DNA from: a virus
Taxonomy: Duplodnaviria > Caudoviricetes
Virus record (IMG/VR): IMGVR_UViG_3300031732_000074
Span: 1-38,391 of that record
Direction: 5' to 3' (one strand)
DNA: 38,391 nt
In this document: one piece after another, positions 8,105 to 17,172 of the stretch
Layout: each line of letters begins with the position of its first letter
Position numbering within the stretch: position 1 is the stretch's first letter
The notes under the pieces: generated by a model
The model's database searches: none
Told to the model about the DNA's origin: nothing
What the model saw: only the letters and a program-made list of their open reading frames with translations
Program-made: the position numbers and the translations under genes

Positions 8105-9163
8105 TTAGAACCCCCTGTCGTCGAGGGCCGTGTCGTCTATCTCGACGGCCTCCGAGAGGGCGTCCCGGGCCTCGGCTATCCGGTCTTCGACCGCCTGTAT
8201 CGCCGCCTCGTCCACGCGGTCCCGGATAGCGTCCCGGACCATGCCTTCGAGGTCGTCACGGTGGTATTCTTTCAGGGCGTTGAGTTCGACGTTCGTATCT
8301 CGCCCCTCGGAGACGTAGGTCATGAACCCTTGTCGTAACGCCTCATCCTTGTCGGTCGAGGAGGGGTTCGGGTTCTCGGGGAGGTCGTATTTCTGTATGT
8401 GGTTGAGGGTAATCCCGACCCGTTCCATGTCGAAGGACCCGAGTTCGTCGCCCGAGTCGGCGGACTGGTATTGGACGGGGAGGCCCGCGGTCACGTCGTA
8501 GTAGCGGGGGTCGTCCGCGCCGGCCTCCTCTCGTCCGAGGTCGAGGCCGTAGTAGGCCATGCGGTTCAGCGTCGAGACGGGCGCGTGATACCCGGAGGGA
8601 TTGAAGTCCCCGAAATACAGGATATGAACGTCCTTGCCGTCGGTTATCTTGTCGCGGAGGCGGGTCGTCGCCTCGTAGACCTTGCTATCGGACCAATCCC
8701 CGCGCGTCGCCTCTAATCTGACGTTCCACTCCCGACAGATAGGCGCGAACACCGACGCGAGAGACTGTTTCTCTAACCATATCTCGACGTAGTTCTCCTG
8801 TTCGGCCCACACGTTCTCGTCGTAGGCGTTCCAAATGCCGTCTACGGCGGCGTTCAGGAACGAACGCGGACTCTCGTAGCCCGAGGCGACGGTCGTCTCG
8901 GCGGACCGGGAGGCGTCTATGATTTGGTCCGGGCGGATGTACCCGGCGCGGCGGCCCTTCTTGACGGCGCGTTTCACGTAGCGGTATTCGTATTTGTTCC
9001 CGCGGGACTCTAAAGCGTAGTAACAGTCCCGAACGGTTCGCTTTTCGCCGTTCGAGAGTATGTCCTGAATCCGGTGGACGAGGGCGCGGTATTTCTGTCC
9101 GGGGTTCCACTCGCCCGTAGCGTTCGGGTTCACGACCGCGGGTTCGGGAATGGTTTCAGACAT
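8105..9163 (-). CDS. Topo VI-A/Spo11-like protein (Mini-A type; winged helix plus Toprim)
   Basis: TVRDCYY (candidate catalytic Tyr), IWLEK, RG, ILYFGDFNPSG, KYDLPENP, VELNAL motifs. Confidence 0.75.
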   Translation of the reverse strand: MSETIPEPAVVNPNATGEWNPGQKYRALVHRIQDILSNGEKRTVRDCYYALESRGNKYEYRYVKRAVKKGRRAGYIRPDQIIDASRSAETTVASGYESPRSFLNAAVDGIWNAYDENVWAEQENYVEIWLEKQSLASVFAPICREWNVRLEATRGDWSDSKVYEATTRLRDKITDGKDVHILYFGDFNPSGYHAPVSTLNRMAYYGLDLGREEAGADDPRYYDVTAGLPVQYQSADSGDELGSFDMERVGITLNHIQKYDLPENPNPSSTDKDEALRQGFMTYVSEGRDTNVELNALKEYHRDDLEGMVRDAIRDRVDEAAIQAVEDRIAEARDALSEAVEIDDTALDDRGF

Positions 9164-9353
9164 GCGTCGGGTCCTCCGTGCCGTCGGCCGGGAGGTCGAG
9201 GAGGAGGTCTACGGTTTCGCCGGCCTTCTCCTCGGGACACTCACAGTCCGCGAACAGCGGACCGCCCGGTGTTTCAGCGAACAGGGACAGGGACGCCGAC
9301 CCGTCCTCGTACACGACTACCTCGACGACCGCGGCATAGTCGTTCTGTGCCAT
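9156..9353 (-). CDS. small hypothetical protein with MAQN start
   Basis: 65 aa acidic ORF with own promoter; overlaps the Mini-A start. Confidence 0.7.
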   Translation of the reverse strand: MAQNDYAAVVEVVVYEDGSASLSLFAETPGGPLFADCECPEEKAGETVDLLLDLPADGTEDPTHV

Positions 9354-9392
9354 GCTACCCTATTATTGGATATGTGTAATAAAGATACCGGA
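9342..9392 (-). promoter_or_regulatory. repeated promoter/start cassette
   Basis: TCCGGTATCTTTATTA...ATGGCACAGAAC. Confidence 0.75.
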
Positions 9393-9440
9393 TACTAACA
9401 AGAAATAGTCTGTCGAACGGGAACGTCGGGTAGGGTGGGG

Positions 9441-9776
9441 TTACTCGCCGCCGTTCTCGGGTTCGTCTATGTAGAGGTCGTCGAGGTCTACCTGTTCCTC
9501 GCCGTCCTCCCCGACCAGCGGTTCCGTGAACGTCTCCACTTCCTGCCGGAACAGGTCGAGAACGTCCCGGACGGACGACTCCGCCCGTATCTGACTATGC
9601 TGTTTCGTGATAGAGGTGACGAGAGAGTCGTAAATCTCGTCCTCCTCCGCGAGAACCTGAATCCCCTCCGAAAGACGTTGATACGCTAACATCTTGCGGA
9701 ATCCGCGCATGTTCAGGACCCGTTCTATCTGTTCCTCGGTGAGGTCGTCCGTCGAGAGGCGTTCGAGGTCGTTCAT
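9441..9776 (-). CDS. hypothetical helical protein
   Basis: Acidic 111 aa ORF; ATGA coupling. Confidence 0.75.
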   Translation of the reverse strand: MNDLERLSTDDLTEEQIERVLNMRGFRKMLAYQRLSEGIQVLAEEDEIYDSLVTSITKQHSQIRAESSVRDVLDLFRQEVETFTEPLVGEDGEEQVDLDDLYIDEPENGGE

Positions 9777-10339
9777 TCGTCTCCCTCTCCGGCGGCGACG
9801 TTTATCTGTGTCATACCCGGCGCGGGGGCGTAGCCGGTATGTCTGAACCCGTAGTCGTTCAGCGTCTCCTCGAAGGCGACGAGGTTGAACGTCTCCTCGC
9901 CGCCGAACCCGGCGTCTACCTCCTCGACGGAGACGACGACCATACCGGAGTCCCGGTCCGGGGCGTAGTCCACGCTATCCACGTCGTCGCCGTCGAAAAA
10001 CTCCTCCGTCGCCTCCCGGAGGTCGTCCGTGGTCACGCCGCCGTCGGGAACCACGTCTCCGTCTCCGTCCTCGTCGGTGTCGGTGTCGCCCTGAACCCAC
10101 GCCTCGAACGCCTCTCGGCACTCGGGACACAGGACGAACGAGAGTCCGTTCCCGATAACGCGGTTCTGTGTTCCCGCGTAGTCCTTCACCGACACGTCGG
10201 AGTAGTCCGCGGTGTCGGGCTTCGGCGGGAGGTCCGACCGGACCTCAACGAACGCGGAACAGCGGAGACACGCCTTCCCGCGTTCGAGTTCCCCGGCGTC
10301 GTAGACCTCTCCCTCGGGCGTTCGGAACTTCTTGGACAT
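9773..10339 (-). CDS. hypothetical protein with Zn finger
   Basis: CLRC...LCPEC; start re-assigned to MSKK. Confidence 0.75.
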   Translation of the reverse strand: MSKKFRTPEGEVYDAGELERGKACLRCSAFVEVRSDLPPKPDTADYSDVSVKDYAGTQNRVIGNGLSFVLCPECREAFEAWVQGDTDTDEDGDGDVVPDGGVTTDDLREATEEFFDGDDVDSVDYAPDRDSGMVVVSVEEVDAGFGGEETFNLVAFEETLNDYGFRHTGYAPAPGMTQINVAAGEGDE

Positions 10340-10340
10340 G

Positions 10341-10907
10341 CTACGGTTCCTCCGCCGCCTCAACGGGTGGCCGGGCGAACTCGACGGTTCCGTTCCCCAC
10401 TAAGTCCGCCTCCTCCGCCGGGAGGCGCGTGAGGCGACTCTCGGGCATGGGGTACGCCTGATAGGAGACGCTGGTGAGGGTGTCCTTCACGTAGATAGCC
10501 GCGAGAACGCGGTCGGCGTCCCGCATACGCGAGAGGACGTTCCCCTCGTAGGTGTCGAGGTCCGGCGCGTCCGGGTACGAGTCGTAGTAGTCCTCAACCG
10601 ACGCCGCGAGAACGTCCACGACGTAGACCCGCGCGCCGGGTTTCGCCCGGTCGAAACACAGGTCCCACTTCCCGGGAACCGGGTCTACGCCGGTCGGGTT
10701 GTTCGCGTCGGACGGGAGAAGGCGGTCCGTCTCCGCCTCGACCTCCTCAACGCGTTCCTGTAGGTCCATGACCTCCCGGGCGACCTCCTCGGAGGAGGGG
10801 TCGTCGGTCGCGTTCTGTGCCATGTCGTCGTTCTCGGGGGCCTCCGGGGAGTCCGGGCTATCGCCCTGATACTCCTCGAAACTCCCGAGGTTGTCGTCCT
10901 CGGACAT
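10341..10907 (-). CDS. hypothetical protein with an internal MAQN at codon 29
   Basis: Acidic ORF; promoter-like CCGATACCTTTTTA at 10934-10947; C-terminal AYPMPESRL. Confidence 0.8.
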   Translation of the reverse strand: MSEDDNLGSFEEYQGDSPDSPEAPENDDMAQNATDDPSSEEVAREVMDLQERVEEVEAETDRLLPSDANNPTGVDPVPGKWDLCFDRAKPGARVYVVDVLAASVEDYYDSYPDAPDLDTYEGNVLSRMRDADRVLAAIYVKDTLTSVSYQAYPMPESRLTRLPAEEADLVGNGTVEFARPPVEAAEEP

Positions 10908-10951
10908 GCGGCCCCTACTACACAGGAACGTGGTAAAAAGGTATCGGAGGA

Positions 10952-11179
10952 CTACCGTTTATTATACGCCACGCCGAGAACGCCCACGGCGGACATGACC
11001 GTCCCCGCCGGGACGGACCGCCCGAACCCGACCGTCTCCGACGCTGGTTCCGCCTCTCCCTCGCCCTCGTCGGGGCGTTCGGGCGGGGCGAGGTCCGGGT
11101 CGTAGTGGTCGAACGTCTCGAAGGCATCCGGGTCTACAGCGGTCCGCCCCTCGTCGTGGTCGTGGTCGTGGTCACTCAT
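10952..11179 (-). CDS. small hypothetical protein
   Basis: Acidic, ATGA-coupled, hydrophobic C-terminus. Confidence 0.55.
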   Translation of the reverse strand: MSDHDHDHDEGRTAVDPDAFETFDHYDPDLAPPERPDEGEGEAEPASETVGFGRSVPAGTVMSAVGVLGVAYNKR

Positions 11180-11805
11180 AGGCGTAGGTCCTCGTTCTCA
11201 CAGTAGTTGCACTCGTCTTTCGTCCGGGCGATACTCGTCTCCGGGGCTAACCTGTGAGGCGTGTCGGTCGAGGGACTGTAGCCCTTACAGGCGGGGACGA
11301 GACGCCCGTCCCGGACCGCCCACCGAGTATGATACCGCGTTGAGTTCTGCCGTCTCGACACACAGACGCACTCGGCGGCCTCCTCCCACGCCTGCACGTA
11401 GCCCTGTTCTCTCGCCTGTTCGAGGTCGCGGTCCGTCGGGTAGTCCGCGCCCGTCCGAACGGCGGGCCGGGACGCGAGACTTCCACCGTCCGCCACTACG
11501 TCGCCGTCGCATAGGACCCCGACGAGTTCGTGAATCCCGGCTTTCGTTAGCGGGCGGCCGCCCCGTCTCTCGACGCCGAGGGCGTCGGCTATCTCGTCGC
11601 GGAGGTCCGCCCGGTTCTCCCCGCCGGTCCGGGGAAGCCGGATACGGTCGAGGTCGTTCAGGCGGTCGTAGACCCGCGTGAGTTCGTCGTAGCGGAACCG
11701 TGGCTTTCGGCCCGTCGCCGTCGTCTCGAACCCCATGTCGCCCGCCACGCGGTCGAATAGGTCGGTCTTTTCCTGTTCTGTCGGTGAGTTCTGTGTCTTA
11801 CTCAT
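11176..11805 (-). CDS. hypothetical two-domain protein with C-terminal His/Cys cluster
   Basis: RYH...PAC...CNYC; ATGA coupling. Confidence 0.75.
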   Translation of the reverse strand: MSKTQNSPTEQEKTDLFDRVAGDMGFETTATGRKPRFRYDELTRVYDRLNDLDRIRLPRTGGENRADLRDEIADALGVERRGGRPLTKAGIHELVGVLCDGDVVADGGSLASRPAVRTGADYPTDRDLEQAREQGYVQAWEEAAECVCVSRRQNSTRYHTRWAVRDGRLVPACKGYSPSTDTPHRLAPETSIARTKDECNYCENEDLRL

Positions 11806-12245
11806 AGTCCTGCGTCTCCGTCGTCGTCTGGAACGCTACCGAACGAGTGACCCGGGCGTTCCCGCCGGGCGGTTATCCCCTCTCCCTCTACCTCTAACGC
11901 ATAGACCCGTCTACGCCGTCCCCACGGGTCGGGGCCGTCGAAGGCGTCCCGGCCCGCGTTCTGTCGGACGTAGCACTCCCCCGACCGGACGCCCCGGTAG
12001 TCGAGACGGTAGTCCGTCGGCGTCTCGCCGGCCCCGTCGCGGAGGCGAAGGGACCGAAAGTACCGGCCGATACCGTCGAGGTCGCCGGAGTCTTTCAGGA
12101 CCTCGACGACGACGCCCTGAACCGTGGCGATACCAGCGGGTCCGTGTCCGGGACCGGGTAACGCCTCGAACTCGACGCGAACGAGACTCCCGTCGTCCGT
12201 GGACGCGAGAACCGGGGCGAACGCCTCCGCAGGGTCGGGTTGCAT
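11802..12245 (-). CDS. hypothetical protein
   Basis: In-operon ORF with plausible composition. Confidence 0.65.
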   Translation of the reverse strand: MQPDPAEAFAPVLASTDDGSLVRVEFEALPGPGHGPAGIATVQGVVVEVLKDSGDLDGIGRYFRSLRLRDGAGETPTDYRLDYRGVRSGECYVRQNAGRDAFDGPDPWGRRRRVYALEVEGEGITARRERPGHSFGSVPDDDGDAGL

Positions 12246-12263
12246 GAACGTGTCCCCCCGGGT

Positions 12264-12491
12264 TCAGGTCCGCTTTACCACGTCCCCGACGACGTAGACC
12301 TCGCCTTTCCGTTTCAGGTCGTCGTAGACCTGTTCGAGGGCGTCGAGAGGGTGGCCGGACTTCCCCGCCTCCTCGAACAGACGGTCCCGAGGAACGCCGT
12401 CGTCGTAGGCGTCGTCGAGACGGTCGAGGGCGTCTAGAACGGCGACGCGTGGCGTCGGGTCGGTCCCGTCGGGGTACGGTTCGGAGGTCAT
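12264..12491 (-). CDS. stand-alone winged-helix protein resembling the archaeal MCM C-terminal domain
   Basis: LDRLDDAYDDGVPRDRLFEEA...YDDLKRKGEVY...VKRT. Confidence 0.6.
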   Translation of the reverse strand: MTSEPYPDGTDPTPRVAVLDALDRLDDAYDDGVPRDRLFEEAGKSGHPLDALEQVYDDLKRKGEVYVVGDVVKRT

Positions 12492-12703
12492 GTCTCCACC
12501 TGTGAAGCGTCCTCTACCCCTTCCTCGTCGTCGAGTCCTTTCATTCTCGACTGTGCGTAGACGGAGAGGTCGAACCGGACGCCGTGGCCCCTCTCGTCGG
12601 GACGGAGGTCGGTTATCTCGTCTACGGCGAACCCCGCCTCCCGGAGGAGGGCGACGGCGCGGTCTACCTCGTCGGTGTCTATCTCCCGAACCCCCCGGTT
12701 CAT
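12488..12703 (-). CDS. small hypothetical protein
   Basis: 71 aa acidic ORF; ATGA coupling. Confidence 0.7.
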   Translation of the reverse strand: MNRGVREIDTDEVDRAVALLREAGFAVDEITDLRPDERGHGVRFDLSVYAQSRMKGLDDEEGVEDASQVET

Positions 12704-13671
12704 GCCTCGACTTCCTCCGCCGCCTCGTCCTCGTCCTCCTCAACGGCATACGTCTGTCCGTCGCGGTCGTCGCCGTCGTCGCCGTCCTCGAACAGGTCCG
12801 CGTCGAACGACGGGTCGGAGTAGCCCGCGCCGTCGTCGCCGTCGGATTTGATACGGGGTGCTAACATGAACGTTCCCGACAGTCCGAACTCGGACTCCGA
12901 GTAGTGGATTTTCACCGGGAACTCGTCCCCGAACTCGACCTTTACCGAGTCGGGTTTCGTCGCGTGTAGCCCCGCCGCCATGTCGCGGAGGTAGTTGAGA
13001 GAGTAAAGCGACGCGACCTCGGCGGCGTCGCCGTCTCCGACCCACGTCGCCGTGGCGTTCGGTCGGAACACTTCCTCCCGGGTGTCGTCCTCCGCGTAGA
13101 GGCGAACCCCGGCCGTCGAGTCGCCGGTGACGCCGTTCGACAGGTCTTCGGCGGCTATCTGAACGTGTTCGAGGTCGTTCGCCCGGAGGGTCCGGGTCAC
13201 GTCCCGGAGGGTCTTCGAGTCGAGGTCCGTTTCCCACGGCAGGTTGAGGGCGGGGAGGTCGGGTTCCTGCCGGATAGAGTTGGGGTCTATCGCCGCGAAC
13301 GACGAGTAGCGGTTCAGGTCGTCCCGTTCGACGTGGACGTAGAACCGTCGCGTCTCCTCGTTCCACACGACCGTTACGGGGTCGCCGTGGTCGTCGTTCG
13401 AGTTCCCGCCTTTCCGGGCGTAGCGGGCGATACTCGACAGACGCTTACGCGGGAGTCCGACGACCACCTCGTCGTAGTTGAGGTCGAACGTCTCGAACCC
13501 GCTGGTAGGAACCTTTATCTCGAACATGCCGACGTTTGCCGGGTCCACGGCGCGGACCTGTAGCCCGTCGGACCGGGAGAGTCGGATTTTGCACTCGTCT
13601 ACGAGGGTGTTCAGAACCGCGTCTATACGTCGGAGTAGGTCGCCGCTGGTTTCGAGTTTGACTGTCGTCAT
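12700..13671 (-). CDS. pcn: DNA polymerase sliding clamp (PCNA)
   Basis: LVDECKI...GLQVRAVDPANVGM, IDPNSIRQEPDLP, SLYSLNYL, FGDEFPVKI, FMLAPRI; acidic tail; start MTTVKL. Confidence 0.93.
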   Translation of the reverse strand: MTTVKLETSGDLLRRIDAVLNTLVDECKIRLSRSDGLQVRAVDPANVGMFEIKVPTSGFETFDLNYDEVVVGLPRKRLSSIARYARKGGNSNDDHGDPVTVVWNEETRRFYVHVERDDLNRYSSFAAIDPNSIRQEPDLPALNLPWETDLDSKTLRDVTRTLRANDLEHVQIAAEDLSNGVTGDSTAGVRLYAEDDTREEVFRPNATATWVGDGDAAEVASLYSLNYLRDMAAGLHATKPDSVKVEFGDEFPVKIHYSESEFGLSGTFMLAPRIKSDGDDGAGYSDPSFDADLFEDGDDGDDRDGQTYAVEEDEDEAAEEVEA

Positions 13672-13673
13672 GG

Positions 13674-13961
13674 TTACGCGTCCTCCTGTTCGTCGTTCTG
13701 TTCGTCGCCCTGTTCGTCGTCCTCGAACACCCGGTCCCACGCGACGGAGACGGGCGCGGCGTACCTCGGGTAGTCCTTGTTCAGGTCGTCCGGGAGGTCG
13801 TCGGGCGGAACCTCCGCCTCGAACGCCGCCCCGAGTCTCCCGGCGCGTTCTTTCAGGTCGAGGAGAGTCTTTTCGGCGCGGTCCTCGTCACCGCGGACCG
13901 TAATGTCTACCTCAACGCCCTCAACGACGGTTATCCCCGTCGTCGTTGCCTCGTAGGTCAT
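13674..13961 (-). CDS. hypothetical protein (MTYEATT...)
   Basis: Acidic C-terminal part of ORF 13674-14228; ATGA coupling. Confidence 0.7.
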   Translation of the reverse strand: MTYEATTTGITVVEGVEVDITVRGDEDRAEKTLLDLKERAGRLGAAFEAEVPPDDLPDDLNKDYPRYAAPVSVAWDRVFEDDEQGDEQNDEQEDA

Positions 13962-14938
13962 GCGTCGCCCCCGTCGTCTCCGAGAGTCTTCCCACAGGCG
14001 GGACAGTAGACGCCGCGGGCGTCCTCCCGTAGGTTCGACTCCCCACAGTAGGGACAGGGTTCGTCCGTCCCGGCGGGTTCCGGGTCCACGTCTACCGGGG
14101 AGTCGTCGTCCCCGTTCCCGAACGCCTCGCCCTCGTCTATGGTCGAGGCGCGGGTTCCGTCGTCGTAGATTTGGTCGCCTATCTGAACGAGGTCGAGGTC
14201 GCCAGTCCGGGCGTAGTCCTTCGCCCACGCGGGGAACCGCCCCGACTCGTCCTCGGTGTAGACGACGCGGGAGAGGTAGACATAGCCGATAATGCCCGCC
14301 GTCTCGTTGCCGTCCTCGTCTACTATCGCCCGCGGATGGACGAGAAAGACCCGCGTCAGGCCGGGGTTAACGACGGGGGGGGCATGGGACTCCGAGACGG
14401 GTATCGCCTTCGAGAGGCCCTGTGTGCGGACCTCTCGGATGAACTCCCGCGGTTCCTCGTAGTAAGACTTTCCGACATGCTGGTAGAGGTCGTTCGCGTG
14501 GAACGCCGTAATGTCGCCCGCGTGGTCGCCGTCCGCACTCCCGACGAGACGGGCGATATGTCGAAAGACCTCTCCCGGCGGGTCCGTCGAGAACCCGCCG
14601 TCTATGCTGGTTAGTTCCGACTCCGCCCCGGGGAGAAACGCGTCCCCGTCGGCGTCGTGGATATGGTCCATCCCGTAGGTGTCGTCGTTCAGGGCGTCGT
14701 TGAGGTCCGCGCCGCCCGTCACCGCCAACTCGAAGGGAATCCCGGGGAAGAACTCGTAGCCCCGGAACTTGTTCCGTTCGAGATACGGGATATACGGGTC
14801 GAACTCCACGAACGGGGGGAGAACACCGTCCTCCTCCGAACGCGGCGGACTCCGTAGATACGCCTTGCTATGCTTGAGGAAACCACATCCTCTTTGCTTA
14901 TTTGGAAGCGTTTCCGTGTCTGTCGCCGGGTCGTCCAT
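13958..14938 (-). CDS. phage protein of unknown function with C-terminal Zn ribbon
   Basis: RGCGF..., HVGKSYY...FIREV...GLSKAIP, RVFLVHPRA; CPYC/CPAC; start uncertain (14938 or 14980). Confidence 0.75.
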   Translation of the reverse strand: MDDPATDTETLPNKQRGCGFLKHSKAYLRSPPRSEEDGVLPPFVEFDPYIPYLERNKFRGYEFFPGIPFELAVTGGADLNDALNDDTYGMDHIHDADGDAFLPGAESELTSIDGGFSTDPPGEVFRHIARLVGSADGDHAGDITAFHANDLYQHVGKSYYEEPREFIREVRTQGLSKAIPVSESHAPPVVNPGLTRVFLVHPRAIVDEDGNETAGIIGYVYLSRVVYTEDESGRFPAWAKDYARTGDLDLVQIGDQIYDDGTRASTIDEGEAFGNGDDDSPVDVDPEPAGTDEPCPYCGESNLREDARGVYCPACGKTLGDDGGDA

Positions 14939-15057
14939 TCGTTGTAGTCCTCCGTCCCGACCCACCCGGGCCGCCCCCACATGAGTAGGACGGTCTACCT
15001 GTTTTGGACCCGTTGGTAAATAAGTAACGGTCGTTACGGGCGATTAACTACTCGGGA

Positions 15058-15468
15058 TTAATCGCCGCCTAATACGTCCGCTAACGGCGTCCACGCGTCG
15101 AGGTCGTCTACCCCGACGCGGAGGTTCCCCGCGTCCGTGTGGTAGTCTCGCCACGCCTCGGTGGGTTCTCGGACGAACCAGTCGTCGTAGTCGAACCGGA
15201 CGGCTATCCGTGGTCGGGCCGTCCGGTGGAACTGTCGGCTAAAGTTGCACAGGGCGGCGACTTCCGCCGCTGGTAGATAGATGTACGAGTCCCGTTCGGA
15301 GGCTTTCGCCTCGAACGCGAACATCCGGTCGCCGTCACCGACGAACAGGTCCGGGAGGTCGTCGTCGGGACTCGACCCGGACCCCGCGACCCGGATAACG
15401 GCGAACCCTTCCTCCCTGAACAGGTCACGCAACTCCCGTTCTCGTCTCGCGCCTTTACTATTCCCCAT
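15058..15468 (-). CDS. hjc: archaeal Holliday junction resolvase
   Basis: KGARRERELRDLF...GFAVIRVAGSGS...PDL...FEAK, PD-(D/E)xK motif. Confidence 0.92.
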   Translation of the reverse strand: MGNSKGARRERELRDLFREEGFAVIRVAGSGSSPDDDLPDLFVGDGDRMFAFEAKASERDSYIYLPAAEVAALCNFSRQFHRTARPRIAVRFDYDDWFVREPTEAWRDYHTDAGNLRVGVDDLDAWTPLADVLGGD

Positions 15469-15498
15469 CGTCTATAAACGGTATGTTACGATACAGAT

Positions 15499-15849
15499 TC
15501 ATTCGGACGCCTCAACTATTCGCATGGACTCGTAGCGGGCTATCAGGGCGGTGAGGAACAACGCGTAGGCGGTCGCCCCGAGTCCTCCGGCGACGACCGC
15601 GGGCGGCCCGCCGAACGTCGAGAAGGCGACCCACACGGTCCCCGCGACGGCGACGGCGGGGGCGACGAACAGGAGGACGACTGTGTAGGCGTAGACGACG
15701 TTCTCGGCGGGTGGCGGCGACGCCCGGGTGAGGCGTCGCCACAGGTTCAGGACGCGTTCACGCGCCCACTCTCGCCGCCCGCCGCCGTCGTCTGTGTCCT
15801 TGCCGTCCTGTGCGTCGGGGGCTAACTCTACAGCGTCGTCGGTAGCCAT
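15499..15849 (-). CDS. membrane protein with 2 predicted TM helices
   Basis: Two hydrophobic segments; promoter-like CGGACCTTTTT at ~15874-15885. Confidence 0.75.
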   Translation of the reverse strand: MATDDAVELAPDAQDGKDTDDGGGRREWARERVLNLWRRLTRASPPPAENVVYAYTVVLLFVAPAVAVAGTVWVAFSTFGGPPAVVAGGLGATAYALFLTALIARYESMRIVEASE

Positions 15850-15896
15850 AGCCTACCCGTCGGCGTTCACGGAGAAAAAGGTCCGCGTCGCCGGGC

Positions 15897-16807
15897 CTAC
15901 TGTTCGGCGTTCGCCTTCTCAACGACCTCAACCGAGTCCTCCACGTCGGCCCGCTGTTCCGAGGCGGTCCTGTCGGAGGAGGGGGCGTCCTCCCCGGGGA
16001 GTCCGAGAACGGCGCGGAGGTAGGGCCGGATAAGACTACTCTTGCCGAGTTTCGTGATTATCCGGGAATGGTCGAGGTCCGCGGAACGGTCCGCGACGGG
16101 GAGGGAGATAGTCGCCTCGCCCCCGCCGTCCGCCGTCGCGGAGAGACGCTGTTCTACCCGGTTGAGTCGGTCCTGAACGCGGTCGTCATGTGGGTCCGTG
16201 GTCGCGGCGTAGCGGTCCCGTTCGAGGGCGTCTACGGCGTCCTGTTCACAGGAAACGCACAGGTCACGCCCTCCGACCGCCCGGACAGGCGTCTCCTCGT
16301 CGCACTCGTCGCATGCCTCGACCGTTCCCGTCTCCTCGGAGAAGTCCGCGGCGGCGTCGAACGGGTCGTCTAACTCCTGTGCGGGGTCCGGTGTTTCGAG
16401 AATACGACGCCGGATAGTGTCCTCGAACCCGTCCTGAATGTAGTCCGGGAACTCCGAGAACGTCGCGTAGACGGTCGAAGGCGACCGCCCGACCGCCTCC
16501 GCTATCTCTTTCTCGGTGTCGTAGTCGTTCGCGGCGGCGTAGTCTATGACCTCCCGTTTCGCGTTCGAGAGGGTCGTTTCCTGTGTCGCCCGCAGGTCCC
16601 GGAGTTCCGGGTACAATCCCATGACGTTCCCCACGGTCCCCGTGGAAACGTCCGCGACCTCCGCGACGAACGCCTCTATCAGACGAGGGTCCGCGAGAAC
16701 GGTTCGGGCGACTCGCCGCCGAAACGCCGTCGAGACGTTAGGCGCGTTCGTTACTCCGCGTATCTGTCGATTTTTTTTTCGTCGGACATAGTTTCGGGTT
16801 GTGCCAT
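15897..16807 (-). CDS. tandem-HTH plus Zn-finger regulator, out of frame at an A9 tract (needs -1 shift or +1 A)
   Basis: ATG 16807 frame stops after 18 codons; the -1 frame gives HTH1 (FVAEVADVSTGTVGNV), HTH2 (EKEIAEAVGRSPSTVY) and CDEC/CVSC. Confidence 0.65.
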
Positions 16808-16888
16808 AGTCGGTAGTCCTCGTTACCCGCCGTCGGGTGTCGGACAGGCTACCTACGCGGCGGTATGTTGTAAAACTATCGGACGCTG

Positions 16889-17170
16889 TTAGTCGTTAGT
16901 CTCGGCGGCGGGCGGATAGCACTCGCCACAGTAGGTCGTTCCGACCTCCCGTTTCATGTGTCCGAGAACGCGTCCATAGGGGGCGCGACCGAAGGCGTCG
17001 GACGGTATGAGGTCGTCGCACTCCGAACATATCTCGTCCCCGGGCGTGAGATACACGGCGGCCCCGGACTCGTCCTCGACGTGGGTTTGTAGGTCCGCGC
17101 CGCGGTTCAGGGCGGCGGCGACCCCGCCCGCTGTAAAGTAGTTGTCTATGTGTTTCCGTCCCGTCGCCAT
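16889..17170 (-). CDS. zinc-finger protein (MATGRKHID...)
   Basis: CSEC...YCGEC; starts 2 nt after the stop of the TFB-like gene. Confidence 0.7.
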   Translation of the reverse strand: MATGRKHIDNYFTAGGVAAALNRGADLQTHVEDESGAAVYLTPGDEICSECDDLIPSDAFGRAPYGRVLGHMKREVGTTYCGECYPPAAETND

Positions 17171-17172
17171 GC

